A stretch of 64,000 nt of DNA, from positions 620,001-684,000 of the forward strand of contig JAYWIR010000057.1 of assembly GCA_036172245.1 (NCBI GenBank), read 5' to 3'. The notes under the pieces are model-generated. The model was not told the DNA's origin, did no database searches, and worked only from the letters and a program-made list of their open reading frames with translations. The position numbers and the translations under genes are program-made. Positions 48,573-60,500 of the stretch are shown here, in pieces; the stretch's first letter is position 1; the number at the start of each line of letters is the position of its first letter. The DNA is from Raillietiella orientalis (taxonomy: Eukaryota).

Positions 48573-48917
48573 CTTCGTCATGACTCTGTCCGCCCCCGTA
48601 CCTTCCTCGTCCCTGAAGATGATGTCGTCGTTGTAGTTGGGGACGAGTCCCCGGAAGCGGGGGTCGGTCCTGGCTATCCTGCCTTCCGCCAGGCTGCTGG
48701 CACCTACGGATTGTTCGGGCACGTTGGGGACGTGCTGTTTGAGCACGAGGGGGGTGAGGTTCTTGGGGTGCCGCCGGCTGATCCCTCGCTTCCCGGGCCC
48801 GCAGGGCATGGCGGCCCTCGACACCAGCAACAAGACAAGCAACGATCTGGTCAAGATCCTCTGGCATGCGTTCGCTATCTTCCAGAAGTTTCTTGTCATT
48901 TCCCGGCGAGGCGGCAT
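48573..48917 (-). CDS. hh: hedgehog exon 1 (signal peptide and start of Hedge/Hh-N domain)
   Basis: Encodes [115 protein letters not shown]: hydrophobic signal, then the CGPG N-terminus typical of hedgehogs. Ends at phase-0 donor AAG|GTAAGT. The start ATG could be 48917 or 48899; the ORF track start at 48950 is a GTG. Confidence 0.96.
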
Positions 48918-49104
48918 CTCGTTCCTCTTATCTTCATCTTTCAAGTGCACCCCGCGACATCCGGGAGCGCGCGGGAGGCGGGGAGGACGCCGAGGAAACG
49001 CACACCGTCGTCATAAGCAACGGAACGACCGACGCCGCGCTGCCGCGCCGGCCCGCGAGCCCGAGGAGAGCACCGCGCAATCATCTTCGTTGCTATCGCC
49101 ACGA

Positions 49105-49232
49105 GCGCGACTGCCTGTTGCCATGTTCCGCGCGGTTCGGCGCGGCGGGCCGCCCGCGCGCTCGCGCGAGCTGCGGCTGACGCCGCGAGGGGGCGCGCCG
49201 CCGAAAGCGCATCCGATTGGTCGGGGCGGCCC
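49105..49232 (-). promoter_or_regulatory. candidate hh core promoter
   Basis: CpG-dense region 200-300 nt upstream of the ATG, with CCAAT (plus-strand ATTGG at 49216-49220), an adjacent GC-box GGGGCGG and an Inr-like GCAGTC at 49114-49109. Motif-only support. Confidence 0.35.
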
Positions 49233-49707
49233 GCAGCTTCCTCACCTGAAGCTCGGAGGCAGGAGAGGCCGAAAACATCCTTGGAGACGGTCCCTCCCCC
49301 CCCCCTCTCTCCCCCTCCTCCCTGTTGCCTCTCCCTCCGGAGAGCGCAAACATGCGAAGAAGGCGGGGGCGTCGTCGGGGAAACATGAACGAGGAGACAG
49401 CCGGCAGCGTCCGCGCATCGGGGGCGACCGCCGCCCGGCGAGGAGGCACAGCCGACCGGCGGGCCGCGGACGGGCAGCCCTCCGGGCGTCTGCGTAGATG
49501 AGACCGGGATGCGCAGATAACGCGAGCGACCGGAGTTTCCCCCAGCCCCTCCTCTTCCTGAGTCTTCGCGGAGGAGCAGGGATGCTGTACGCGGCCCACG
49601 TCTCCCCAGGGCAGCTCTGCCCTGGCCGGCTGGCGTTTTTCGGGTCCTCACCAAGTGCCTGCCCGGCCTGCCCGAGGGAAGCTCCTCTCCGGCGGGCTGA
49701 GGTTGGG

Positions 49708-49968
49708 TGTGGCACGCAGGCCACCCCTCTCTCACACCCTATGGGTCCGTCCATTAGCCTCTTGGAACGTCGGGATAGGTTGCGTACTTTCCGCTCCCGT
49801 GGTAACCGTCCGGAGAGTCGCAGAGTTCGAGGATGCGATTTTTGAGGCGACAGAACAGCCTTATTTTCGTGCCACCCCGCTTTCATTCCCGAAAACTGCA
49901 GCATCCCTCTCTCCCGCGCGTTCGAAGCTGAGCGGGTGCGCGGTGGGGCGCATCTGTAAGGCATGGGG
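49708..49968 (-). repeat. dispersed repeat family B, inverted copy about 0.8 kb upstream of the hh start codon
   Basis: Reverse complement of 42380-42645. Confidence 0.88.
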
Positions 49969-52900
49969 AAAGTCCACCGCACTCTTCGCAGGGGGACTAG
50001 GGAAAAAATAGGGTGGTTGAGCTGCTCCTCGCCCCCCGGCGTCGGAAGGGGGAGTGTACCCTTCCTCACGGCCCCGGAGAGCGGCATCCGTCCTGCAGCC
50101 CCGCGCCACGAAGAGAGGAAGGCGAGAGAAGCGCCCTTTCCGTCTCCCGAAAGACTCTGAAGGGATCGAGGTCCGGAGGGGGGGAGGCTGTAGCATCCTT
50201 CCTCACCCAGCCGCTGCAGGTCCGCAGGGAGGACGAAGGACGGAGGGTGGAGGAAACTGGCATCAGGCGATGCCGCAGCGGGGATTGGCTTGTGGGAAGC
50301 TCAAGAGAAATGTGCGCAGCCTCCCTGTTCCTTTCCCATCCCTTCCGTTTTAATGAGTGAATGGGGAAAAGACCGGGGGAGGGCGACTCTACGGCCGGTC
50401 GGAGGAGACAGGAAGAGAGTTCTGTCTCCCAGGAGACGGCAGCGCCATGGAGAACCGCCGCCCCCCACAGGCTTCAACAAGGATGAAGTCGGGACCGGAG
50501 GGGGGAGAAGGGGAACGAGAGCGACCTTCGGAGGACTCTCAGCACCCTTGCGCAACTTGGGGCCCCGGTATCCTTGGAGACGGCGTGTCTCGCCGAGGGA
50601 AGCCGAGGTCCTTCCGGCCTCCTAAGATGGCGGCACAGCAGCCGCAGAAAGCGGGAATTTCCTCATCCCCATCCCCCGGGACGAGATGTCCCGCGCCCTT
50701 GCTGCATTCCTAAGATCGCGGATGATTTCATACTCCGCCGCGTACCACTATTCTTCCGGATCCGTCCTCTCGAACGGAGGGGCCTCCCCCGGGGTGCCCA
50801 GCGCAACCTGGGGATGGCACTTCCTGAAGAGGATGCCGAACGGAGAAGCCCCGCGGCGTTTCCACGACTACTGGTCGCACCACCTTCGCCGACCCGCCGA
50901 CCCGCTCCGTTCTGCGGTTTGGCAAGGCCGTCGCCTTGGAGATCGGACTGGCTTCCCGTAGAGCCCTGAGGCGTCCTCCAGCGGCCCCGGGAGTTTCCTG
51001 CCTACGGGAAGCCATGAGGAGGGACGCGAAGAGAGGTGACGCCGCAGGACAAGGTCATGAGGACGAGGTGCACCTCTCCAGCCGCCGCCGGGGTGAGGGG
51101 TCGCCTCGTTCCCTCTCCGCAATGGCGGGCAGTAAGGATGCTACGCGTCTCCCGGGAGGCGGGCACCGACCGGGTTGCGCCTTCACGGAGGTGTGGAACC
51201 CGGGTGTGCTTGGGGACCGACCTCAGGGAACCCAGCGGCGCCGGAGTGGGAGCACACGGTGCCTCCGTTGAAGGTCTCCTGCAGTGCCGGGAAACCCTAA
51301 GGGGTCGCAGGTCTTCTCCCCGGGCAACGAGGAGAAGCGAACGCCCCCGAGTTCTCGGCGAAGGGCGTCCTACGGCCTGCGCAAGGGCGGTCGTCCCTTC
51401 GATACTTGTAGCAGGCGCTCGCTTGCCTCTTTCGTCAGCTGCTGGCCACCGGCGACCTGCGTGGTCTCCGTCGGGAGACATAAGCGGAGGAAGACAGAGC
51501 ACGTTCCTTGAGGATCAGCATCCGAGGGACGCTATCATCGATGCTCCGGGGCCATCTTCCGCTCCTTCACCTCTTCTCGAAGATCCAGACGGGACCAGCT
51601 CTCCTCTTCCCCGCGCAGCGCGAGACCCTGCGGACCGAGAAAACGGGAAAGACAGGGAGGTGAGGACTGTTTCCGAAGACGGGAGATCTCTGGAGCCTTC
51701 GGTTTTTCTGCCTGTTGCCACCGAGAAACGAGCTGAACGCGCGAAAACCGCGATGCGCCTTCAATGGCGCGGTCGGGCTGCTCCTCAAGGCCATAGGAGG
51801 AACCGCGGCCTCAAAGCTGAGTTGCTGCCCATTGGAAACGCATCCCGGACCGATGAGACGGGCTCCCTCGTCACCGAACGATCTAAGTGTCCCAGCTACC
51901 CGTCCCGGGGATGAGAACGACCCGGTCCCACGACATGCTCTGGTAGGAGCCTCTTGAAAAGGGGACAGGTGCGGAGGGAAAGTGTTGCGCACATCCTCGT
52001 GTAGTCAGGCGAGATGGACCGTCCCGAACGCCAGTGAGGCTCCCAGTGGTCAGCAGCACCAGTCCCCGTCGTAACCTCGCCCCAGCGACGCTCGCTGATC
52101 GCCTCCCCCGCAGAAAGGAAACCAAGCGCGCACCAGGGCGATGCGTCGAAAGGAACTTGGTGGGTACACGGAAACGAGAGGCCGGCGTTTGCGTGGGCGG
52201 GCGGGTGGGAGCGGTAGCCGGAACGGGAGAAGAGGCTGCTGAGGGAGGCTATTGGAAGTTGGTCGCCGAGCGCTTGACGGTCCCGAAAATCTTCGTGCCT
52301 CCTTCCCCCTAGTCCAGATCTTCTCTTCAGCTCCTGGGAGAATTCGTGGCGCGCAATGGGGAACGGTCGTTATTTGCGTGGGTGGGTGGGGGTGGGAATG
52401 GAGCAAGAGAAACGGCTACTGAGGAAGGCTGCGCTAAGCAAACAGCAAACAGACCGAGCAGCAGCAGCTTCGCGGGAGGAGAAGGAGGAAGGGAGAAGGA
52501 GGATAAAGAGAAAAGGAGGAGGAAGAGGAAGGGAGGAGTGCACTCCCTGGCATAGGGTTTGTCCCTCGGACTGTAAGAAGGTCGTTGCATCCCTTCTCAC
52601 AGAAGGGAGGCAGCGGCCAGCGCCCCCGCGTCTGCTCCGGACCTCCGCGCGCACCTCCGTAGTTCCTCGAGCGAGGTGATGGCAGCTTGCGGAGTCCCGC
52701 TCGGGGTAGCCTGTTCCGGCAGGAAAACCACCTCAGATGAGGTCGTTCCGGAGCTGGTCGCTGAGCACCTGGCGGTTCCGAAAATATTCGGTGCCCTCTT
52801 CCCGCCCGTCCAGGTTTTTCCCCCCAGCGCCCGCGAAAACCCGCGGCGGGCATCGGAAGAACGGTAACTCCCTAAGACGGACGGCAAGAGGCCACGGAGC

Positions 52901-54936
52901 CTTCCGACCGGGAGGTGTGCGCGTTCTTTCCCGGACGACCTCGTCTTGAATCTCCTCTCCGGACAGAATCTGCGGATACCGCAGCCACCGGTGTTGGTGC
53001 CCTCAAGTTGCCGCCGCGCTGCATCCCTGACCTCTCCTGTCGAACGGTGTTTTCATCTGCCTGGTTGCTGCGGTGGTTTATGGTCTTTTGCGCTGTTGGG
53101 ATTGTCGGTTCTGGAAGCCGCGATTCTCGGCGTCGCCTGGGCGATAATGGAGGACTGGCAATAAAGTGACGTAAGGGCTCGGGCCGCGCCTCTTGTTGCG
53201 TGGGCAGCAGCCTCGGCTATTCACTCAAGGATTAAAAAGGAGGTGGGAATTCGCAGGAGTCGATCTTTCGGGGTCGGATCTGGCTTCCAGGAAAAGCGGG
53301 GTCAGGGCAGGACAAAAACAGCCGTGGGTATCGAAGGTGATGCATCCGTGTGATCAGGAAGGAATACCGCGTGCCCCTGGGGCCACTCCGTCGACCGGGA
53401 AGACAAGAGGGGTTTTCCGGAAGAGACCTTCTGCGCACGGAGGCGACAAAGCAACTGCGCCGCCACTCCTCGAAGGAGCAGCGCTCGCACGGAAGGGATT
53501 AAAAAGGAGGAATTCGGTGATCTCGCACCGATGCACTACCCGATGCTCCCTGGCAACAGGGAGGCATCTAGAAGCAGTTCTCCCTTTCCAAAACGGGAGC
53601 AGCAGAGAAACTGCGCACCGTCTCGGCTTCCGGAGGCCCAGGGCCTCCCGGGAAAACCTGGCGTATGATCCTCCGAGAAAAAGCATCCGTCCATCCACCC
53701 CGCTTTCGAGCGCTTCCTCCCTCCCGCTAGGGCGAACCTTCGGAGCTGCGTTCCTCTCCAGGGATACGGACTGCTCTTCCCCCTTAGCAGCAATCTTCTG
53801 GTCCCTGTCTCCGAGGAAAATCCTTCCACTAGCATTCCTTTTTCATCTTTCTCTCTCTCTCTCCCCCGTCGGGGGATGCAACACATGGAGCAGAGGTTCG
53901 GTCCTCGGCGCTGCTTGGCGGTGGCAAACCCTTGAGAAAATCGAAAGCAATTTCTTGGAAACGCGGAGCTGCAGCCGCTGCACTGCCGAAGGCAGTCGTC
54001 GATCTCGACGGACAGAGGAAGGGAGAAGAAAAAAAAAAAAAAAAAAAAACACGCGCGGGCATCTGCACGAGATGCAGGTTGGCAAAAGATAAACAGAGGA
54101 ATTCCGAGAGGTCACTCGCAAACACGCAAGGCTGCTCCAGGAGAGGCTCTGCCAGACACTCGAGATCAGCTCAAACAAACGGTGCTCTTCCTCGCTGTTT
54201 GCTGCTGCGTTTTTACGACGATGCTGCGGGGAAACGAGGCGGCGGGAAGAATGCATTCTCCCCCCCCCCCCTCCTCACTCGTGATCTCCACGCAGCTCGC
54301 GTGTGTCGCGGACGCTGGGTTTTCACTTCGAAGGGGAGAACGCCTTCCTCCCCCCCTCCCCCCCACCTTCTCCTCCTTCTCCCCGACTCGTGGCGCCGTC
54401 TGAAACTGCCTTTCCGCGTAGCTGAGGGGGCACGGAAGAAGGAGATGGAAGAAGGCATCTCGGGATGGCACTCGGTGCTCTGGGCGCACACAGAAGGATC
54501 CGATTCGGGAGTCGAAGCCAATGATTACCTCCCGGTTACTCCGGGGCATTTATTACATAAAAGTACATTGGTGCGGTGGAACCATTAGTTCTCCTACGCG
54601 CAACGAACCTGCCGAAGAGCGGTGCTCAGATCGGCGAGGTCCGCTTCGGCAGCGTAGGGGAGGGGAAAAGGGCACACACACAAAAATAAATACACAAAAA
54701 CAGGGGAGAGGAAATTGTACACGGGGAAGTGGGGGAGGACCGAGGAAGGACTCACGGTACGCTGTCAGGCGTCCTCCGCATCCTGTTCAGGATGCTGGCA
54801 AGTTCTGTCCAGTTGGGGGGGGGGGGGCATCTCGAGGCGGTCCACAAGAAGATCCGCGCCCAGTGGATGGATTTCCTGTCATCTCGGCCTCTCCTTCTGG
54901 AGTTCCAGACCGCCGTGATCTGTGGAGACAGTAAAG

Positions 54937-55470
54937 CCAATGGCGGAAATCCTTCCGGGTTCTCTCCCAATTCCGACGCTTTCCTTCCAGCTTTCTTTTT
55001 AAGGGTTAAGTTTTTTTTTCGATTCGCCAAGTGCTGAAGACCCGTCCGCCTTGGGATTCATGAAGCTCTTTCGACACGGTCCACGCCACCCAAGGGTGCG
55101 CGTGTCACCCTTCAAGTTATGAAGTCCCTGGAAGGGACTACCCCACGGATCCAGGAGGGCTCTGGAGGAAGGAATTGGTTCCCCTTGATCTTGGGAGGGA
55201 ACCCGCGTCCTGGATGTCTCGGAAGGGAACACCTTGATTATCTCCGGAGGGACCCCCCAGAGGAAGGGGCCGTTCCTCACTTCTTCTCCAGAAGGAACCC
55301 CCAAGGGAACCTCTCTTTGTTCCCTCTTCTGAAGGATGCTCCCCGAAGGGAGCTGCGCGCTTCTGGCACTCTGGGGAGGCGACCTCTCGAGGGGGGCATC
55401 AACCGGTTCCACGGGAACGGTCCCATCATTACAACCGGAAGGGGAACCCCGGAGGGTATCCTTTGCCCTA
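54937..55470 (-). mobile_element. SINE-like family A, 5'-truncated copy upstream of hh
   Basis: GAAGCTCTTTCGACACGGTCCACGCCACCCAAGGGTGCG..CTTCAAGTTA (55062-55119) and GGACCCCCCAGAGGAAGGGGCCGTTCCTCACTTCTTC match the 28751-28960 copy. Confidence 0.78.
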
Positions 55471-57429
55471 GTTGTCTCCCGTCCGGATGAAAGCGGTGGT
55501 AAGGACGTTCCTGAACGGACACGCGGACCCCGAAATGCGAGGGCGCGCCGGGGATTGGCTCCGTTGCCACAGGGTGAGGCTCGGTTTCCAGGAGTGCGTT
55601 CCAGAGACAGGGCTCGATGCCCTCTTCCGTCCATCCTTGACCCCTCTGTCGCTCCCGTTCGGATCGCGAGGGCGGCGGCTGCCTCCCGGAGGAGGCGGAC
55701 GAGAAGACAGAAGACATCGTCGGCCCTGCTGGGACGCCGTGCGTCAAAGAGCCCATCTATCCATCACGGAAGAGGGGAACCTCGGCTATTAAAAGTGGTG
55801 CGCCCGGAAGGTTCGCCGAACGCATTGTTCGCTGTTGGGTGTTCCTTGATGACTAATAGGGCTGGAAGGCATCCCGACGGAAACGGCTTCTAATTAACGC
55901 CGCCACAGCTTTGCGGAAACCAGAAAGGGAGAAAGAAAGAAGGAAGAAAAAAAGGAATCCCTCTGAAAGGACTGCATTAAGGAAAACTTCTTCGCCGCTT
56001 TGTTGGCACATGATGTATGCGGCTGCTTCCACGGAGGGGACAGCATTGTCTCGGGCAGATCACTCATCTGCCGTGACTGGTCCGAAAAGACCGGGTTCCA
56101 CATTTACGAGGCGGAGACCTTCCCCGGTCCTCCTGCCATCTCAGGTCAGCATTCCATCATGCCATCAACAGCGGCCATTCCGCGAGTCTGCCTGAGCGAT
56201 TTCTTCCTCCTCCCCCGCCTCCCGGAGACTTGATGGCCGATCCTCGCGGATGATGGATAGAAGATGATGCACACCGAAAACACAAAGGGGTTTCAAAAGA
56301 GGTGGCATCGTTGTCGGAGGCTCCGGGAGCGTTTAACAGGAAGCTAAAGCGATTAGAAGACATTCTACGAGGATATCCCCTGCCATCCCTGACTCTTAAT
56401 AGATGGCCGTCAACAACTCGAAGACAACCGCGGAAAAATTTTCGGCGGATTACCGGCAGATAAGAAGGAGGCACCCCCGGGGGTGTACGTAATTAAATTC
56501 CCGCATCTCCCATGAGACGCTCTCCTCTGGCATTCCTCCCATTCTTAGGTGCGTGCGAGGGTGATTTCCAGCAGGGAACAGAGCTTTAGGGGTAAATAGA
56601 ATCGTATGTCACCTCCCCCGAAACCGTTTTTCAACCCCAGCCGGTGTTCCTTCTGTCTCGCTGTCACCCAAAGGGAACACTTGACTTCTGAACTGTCCAA
56701 ATATTTCTTCGGCTTTTCCAGCGAGACGCCCAATTCGGCGGAAATGTTTTTCAAGCGATCTGCCTTTCTCTTTGGGGTCATCTCTTCTGTCTTTCTTGTT
56801 TCCTTTCTTTCTTTCTTCTTCTTTTTTTTTTTTTTTCTTTCTCCTCTCTTCTCTTCTCTTCTCTCCTCCAGCAACAGGCCAGACGTGCTTCGAGCAGCAG
56901 CGCGTCTCTCTCCGGGAGCCCGCGGCTAAGCGTCACGTCGCTCGGCTTTTGGTGCGGAAAGATAGAGGAATTCTAATTAAACGTTTCCCGGCCGCAAGAC
57001 GCTTCTTGAAAGATGGGAAATTGATTTATTCCCCCCCGTTGCTGGCTGACCCGTTGCGGACGACGTCGACGTCACGGACGCGCTGCCAGTTCCGCTGACG
57101 ACGACGCCGACGCCGCCTCCAAACAAGTGGAGAGGGGGCGACGGTGGGAGACGCGAGGGAAAAAGGAAACACAAACACGCCTTGTTTGGTTTCGGGAACA
57201 CCTTCGCTCTCTCTCTCGCCGCGACGGGAACGGACGAGCCAGCGCAAACACGCGCGCATTCCTTCTCCCGCCGCTTCTCCCAGTTCCGGCCGCACTCCTC
57301 CCTTGTCCTCCTGCTGCATCCCTTCGGGGCAGCCGTTCCGGGACGCAGGCCGCCCTCACGCCGCTCCCGAGCACCGGAAAGACGCCTTCCAAGAGCACTC
57401 CCTCCGCGAATCAGAATGCTTCCCGTGTC

Positions 57430-57565
57430 TTGATTGGCTGGGAGCCGCGGACGGGACTACTTCCGGCGCGCGCGATTCCCCGCGCCGGCCTCCCTCGTAC
57501 TTCTCAGTACAGGGAAACGCGCCCGACGGCGGGGCTTGGCGCGCGCCCGCCCGCCATCTTGGAAA
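57430..57565. promoter_or_regulatory. promoter-like motif cluster (CCAAT, GGGACTAC plus ETS-like CTTCCGG, YY1/Pho CGCCATCTTGG)
   Basis: GATTGG 57432-57437, GGGACTACTTCCGG 57453-57466 and CGCCATCTTGG 57552-57562, in a CpG-rich stretch. No downstream gene was identified. Confidence 0.4.
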
Positions 57566-60500
57566 CGTGCGTTCCCGCAGCAACGGACGGACGGACGCGC
57601 ATCGGAATCTTTTTTGTGTGCGTGTGTGTGTGTGTGGTTGCCTCCCGACCAGAAGACGCACCGTCCTCAAGCAGGGCGCGAATCGAAGGCGTGCAGCGCG
57701 GCTACCTTGCGTGCAGAGAATGCGCGCTCCCGGCCTTCCGGTGCCCAAGTGACAGACATCCTGCCTTCCCGATGTTTATTTTTTCTTCTCTCATAACGTT
57801 CGCAGGCGATCTCTTCGCCGGGAAGGCTTGCTGTTCCTCGCCTGCGTTCCTCCTTTCCTTTCTTTCTCGGTAGTGCTCTTTGCTTTCGGTACGTTAATAA
57901 TGTTTACAAAGTGCGGTTGTTTGCTTAGCAACGATATGTGAATGGAAACTGTGGTCAGGTTAGCAAGAGGATAACTTGTTCCGTGTTTGCTGCGCTTTTT
58001 CCAATGGGGAAAAAGTTCCCCGTTTTTTTCAATCATTTTTTTTTTTTTTTTTTTTTTCGGCGGGAGCAGGGAAGGACTGGTTGATGTCGTCGCCGCATCT
58101 TCGAGTACTCCGTGCGAGATCATCCTTCCAGGCATTCCATATCCACAAGTACCTGTGGACGCGGTCGGCATCTTCGCATCGATTCCCCTCCTTCCGTTCT
58201 TTCCTTCTCGCCGAAGGCGGCGAGGACGCGTCCACCAACGATGAGCCTTTCGAACTGGTGCGGCAAGAGGTGGTGGCTGCCGAACCCATGCAAACGGAGA
58301 TCGAATTGGCACAGTCAATTTGTCCCGTATTCCGCTGCTCTGAGGAGGAGGACTGAACTGCGGAATAGGGAAGGGCTAGAGCAAGGAAGGAAGCAGAAGA
58401 AAAACAAAAATGCCTTCTCCCCAAGAAGAAGACGAAGAAGGAAAATTTCTGGATGATCGTCCGTTTGACCTCGGGCAGGAAACCATTTTTCCTCAAACAT
58501 TGAGAGCCTGTGCAACCGGCGCATCTATTCAAAGATCGTGAGAAGACCGACTCTTGCGTGCATGTAGCAAACCCGACGGGTCGAACACCAGCCTCGAGGC
58601 TCATCATCGCTCTCCATCAGCTCAGCTGCTGGGAGACGCACACTGCGAAAGGAAGAAAGGGTGAAAGCAATCCCTTCGGTGGACGCTGGGCGCCCTATCT
58701 GAAGCTGCCGCAATCAATAGGAGAGAAAACGGAAATCACTGAAACAGAGGACCGCGGCAAAATGGCGAGATGCTCCAGGTTATGAAGCAAGATCTCCAGG
58801 GATGCGAGGGAAGTTCGTCTGTCAGCGAGCTGGTAACCCATTCCCTCTGGAACAACGCTCTTTGCATGCCACGTGGTCAGGAAATCGACACCCTCAATCT
58901 GAAACACGAGGGCGATCCCCTTCTTGCACCCTAAACAAGATCGAAAAGGCATCCTTCAGCAGGGTGAGCAAACGTTCGTGCGCAGTTGCGGCCACCTTCG
59001 CAGATAAAATTATCTTATCGAGGAAGGAAACTCACTCTCGGACGAGTCACGGGTAAGAGAGAAGAAGAGCATTCCAGGATGGGGATGCGGTGATGTGCTC
59101 TGACTTGGTTGGGCGTAGATACGCTGTTCCCCACCTGCGGTGGTCTCCCAAAAGCAGCAGTCTATTGTAGGAGCTGCAGGCATCGTTCAGTGTCGAAAAT
59201 TCCCCTCGAGAATTCGTGAAATTGCAAGAAAGATGGCGTTAGCAGCCAGAGGCGGATGTATCCTGAAGATCATCCACGACCACATGTGCTCCGACCACGT
59301 GTGGACCTCGCGATCTCGTAAAGACCTTCGGATCACGGAAGAGCACTGTTGCCATGTCCAGGAACCGAAAGAGACGGAGGACAAGTCTCAGGAACACCTC
59401 TGTCTCCGGCCGGGCTGGAATGCATCCTGATGATAGAAGACTCTCAAGAGGAACTCATTCCCAGAGTTAGGGCTGGGATATGAACCAACTTCTTTCAGAC
59501 CAAATGCAGATGCGTTTCAACTAGAAGACCCTCCAGACACGGAAAGCGTGAGCTTTCTCCAGCTTCTTCCCTCATCCCTCGTGTCTTCGCCTTGATGAAC
59601 TCTCGGGGATGCTTCGAATGCTGACGTCTATATCCTCTTGCCATTCATTCAGCGTCGACGTAGTGTCAACTCAGGTTGTCAACCGTTGGCAGGTGCTGAT
59701 GCTGTTTTGACTACTGGAGGAACGACTGCTCTTTGAACGATCTTGCAGGCTTCGGCGAAGCATCGCGTGCAGTTCAGAAGAAATGGCGCATCTCCCAGTT
59801 GCCTTTTCCCGTCCTCCCGACGCGCCTTGCGACTCGTGACTGATGGAGCCGTTTCAAAAATCTCTTTCAGGAAGACTGCGTCCACGGCCCATTCCAGGTT
59901 CTCTCGATCATCTTTCATCTCGACTAGGATGAAACTGCATAAGGTTCCTGGTCGCTGCTGGGCTTCCTAATTATAACCGGCTGAAATGCACGGCACCCCT
60001 TGCAAAGGATTCCAAAATCTCAGTACTTATTACCTTTCGGGATTTCCTCTCCTTCTCGTTGATTAGGTAGTGATAATAATAAAAGTAATAATAACAGTTG
60101 CTTTTAGGAAGCCCAACAGAGAAACCCAACAGCTTGCAAACTCCCACGGATGGCCGGTGAAATGAAGGAGGAAATGGCGAGCAGAAGAGATCAACTTCCG
60201 TTGCTTTGTTGGACCAATGCTCATGCCTGGTTGCCTTCTAGCGAAGCCAAAGCATTTCCTCATTGCGGAAGATTTCAAAGAGCTTTCCTTCTCGTCGTCG
60301 GTGGAGGAAGGACAGGGGTTCACTTGACGGGGCGCTGAATCTCAGGACCTCGGACAAAAAAAGTGAACGTGGAAGCTCAAGAACTCCACTCCAACACGAC
60401 GGCCGCGTTCCGAGAAGACCGCAACAGGGGTAGAAGGTAAGCTGGGATGACTCGGCGTGCCGCAGTCGGAAAGAGAAGCAGCTGTTGCTTCTTCGTGTCC

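Noticed and set aside
841..48917. Hedgling-like fusion (Hedge domain plus cadherin repeats)
   Set aside because: The cadherin-like remnants and hh are on opposite strands and convergent, and this hh has a normal Hint/Hog C-terminus.
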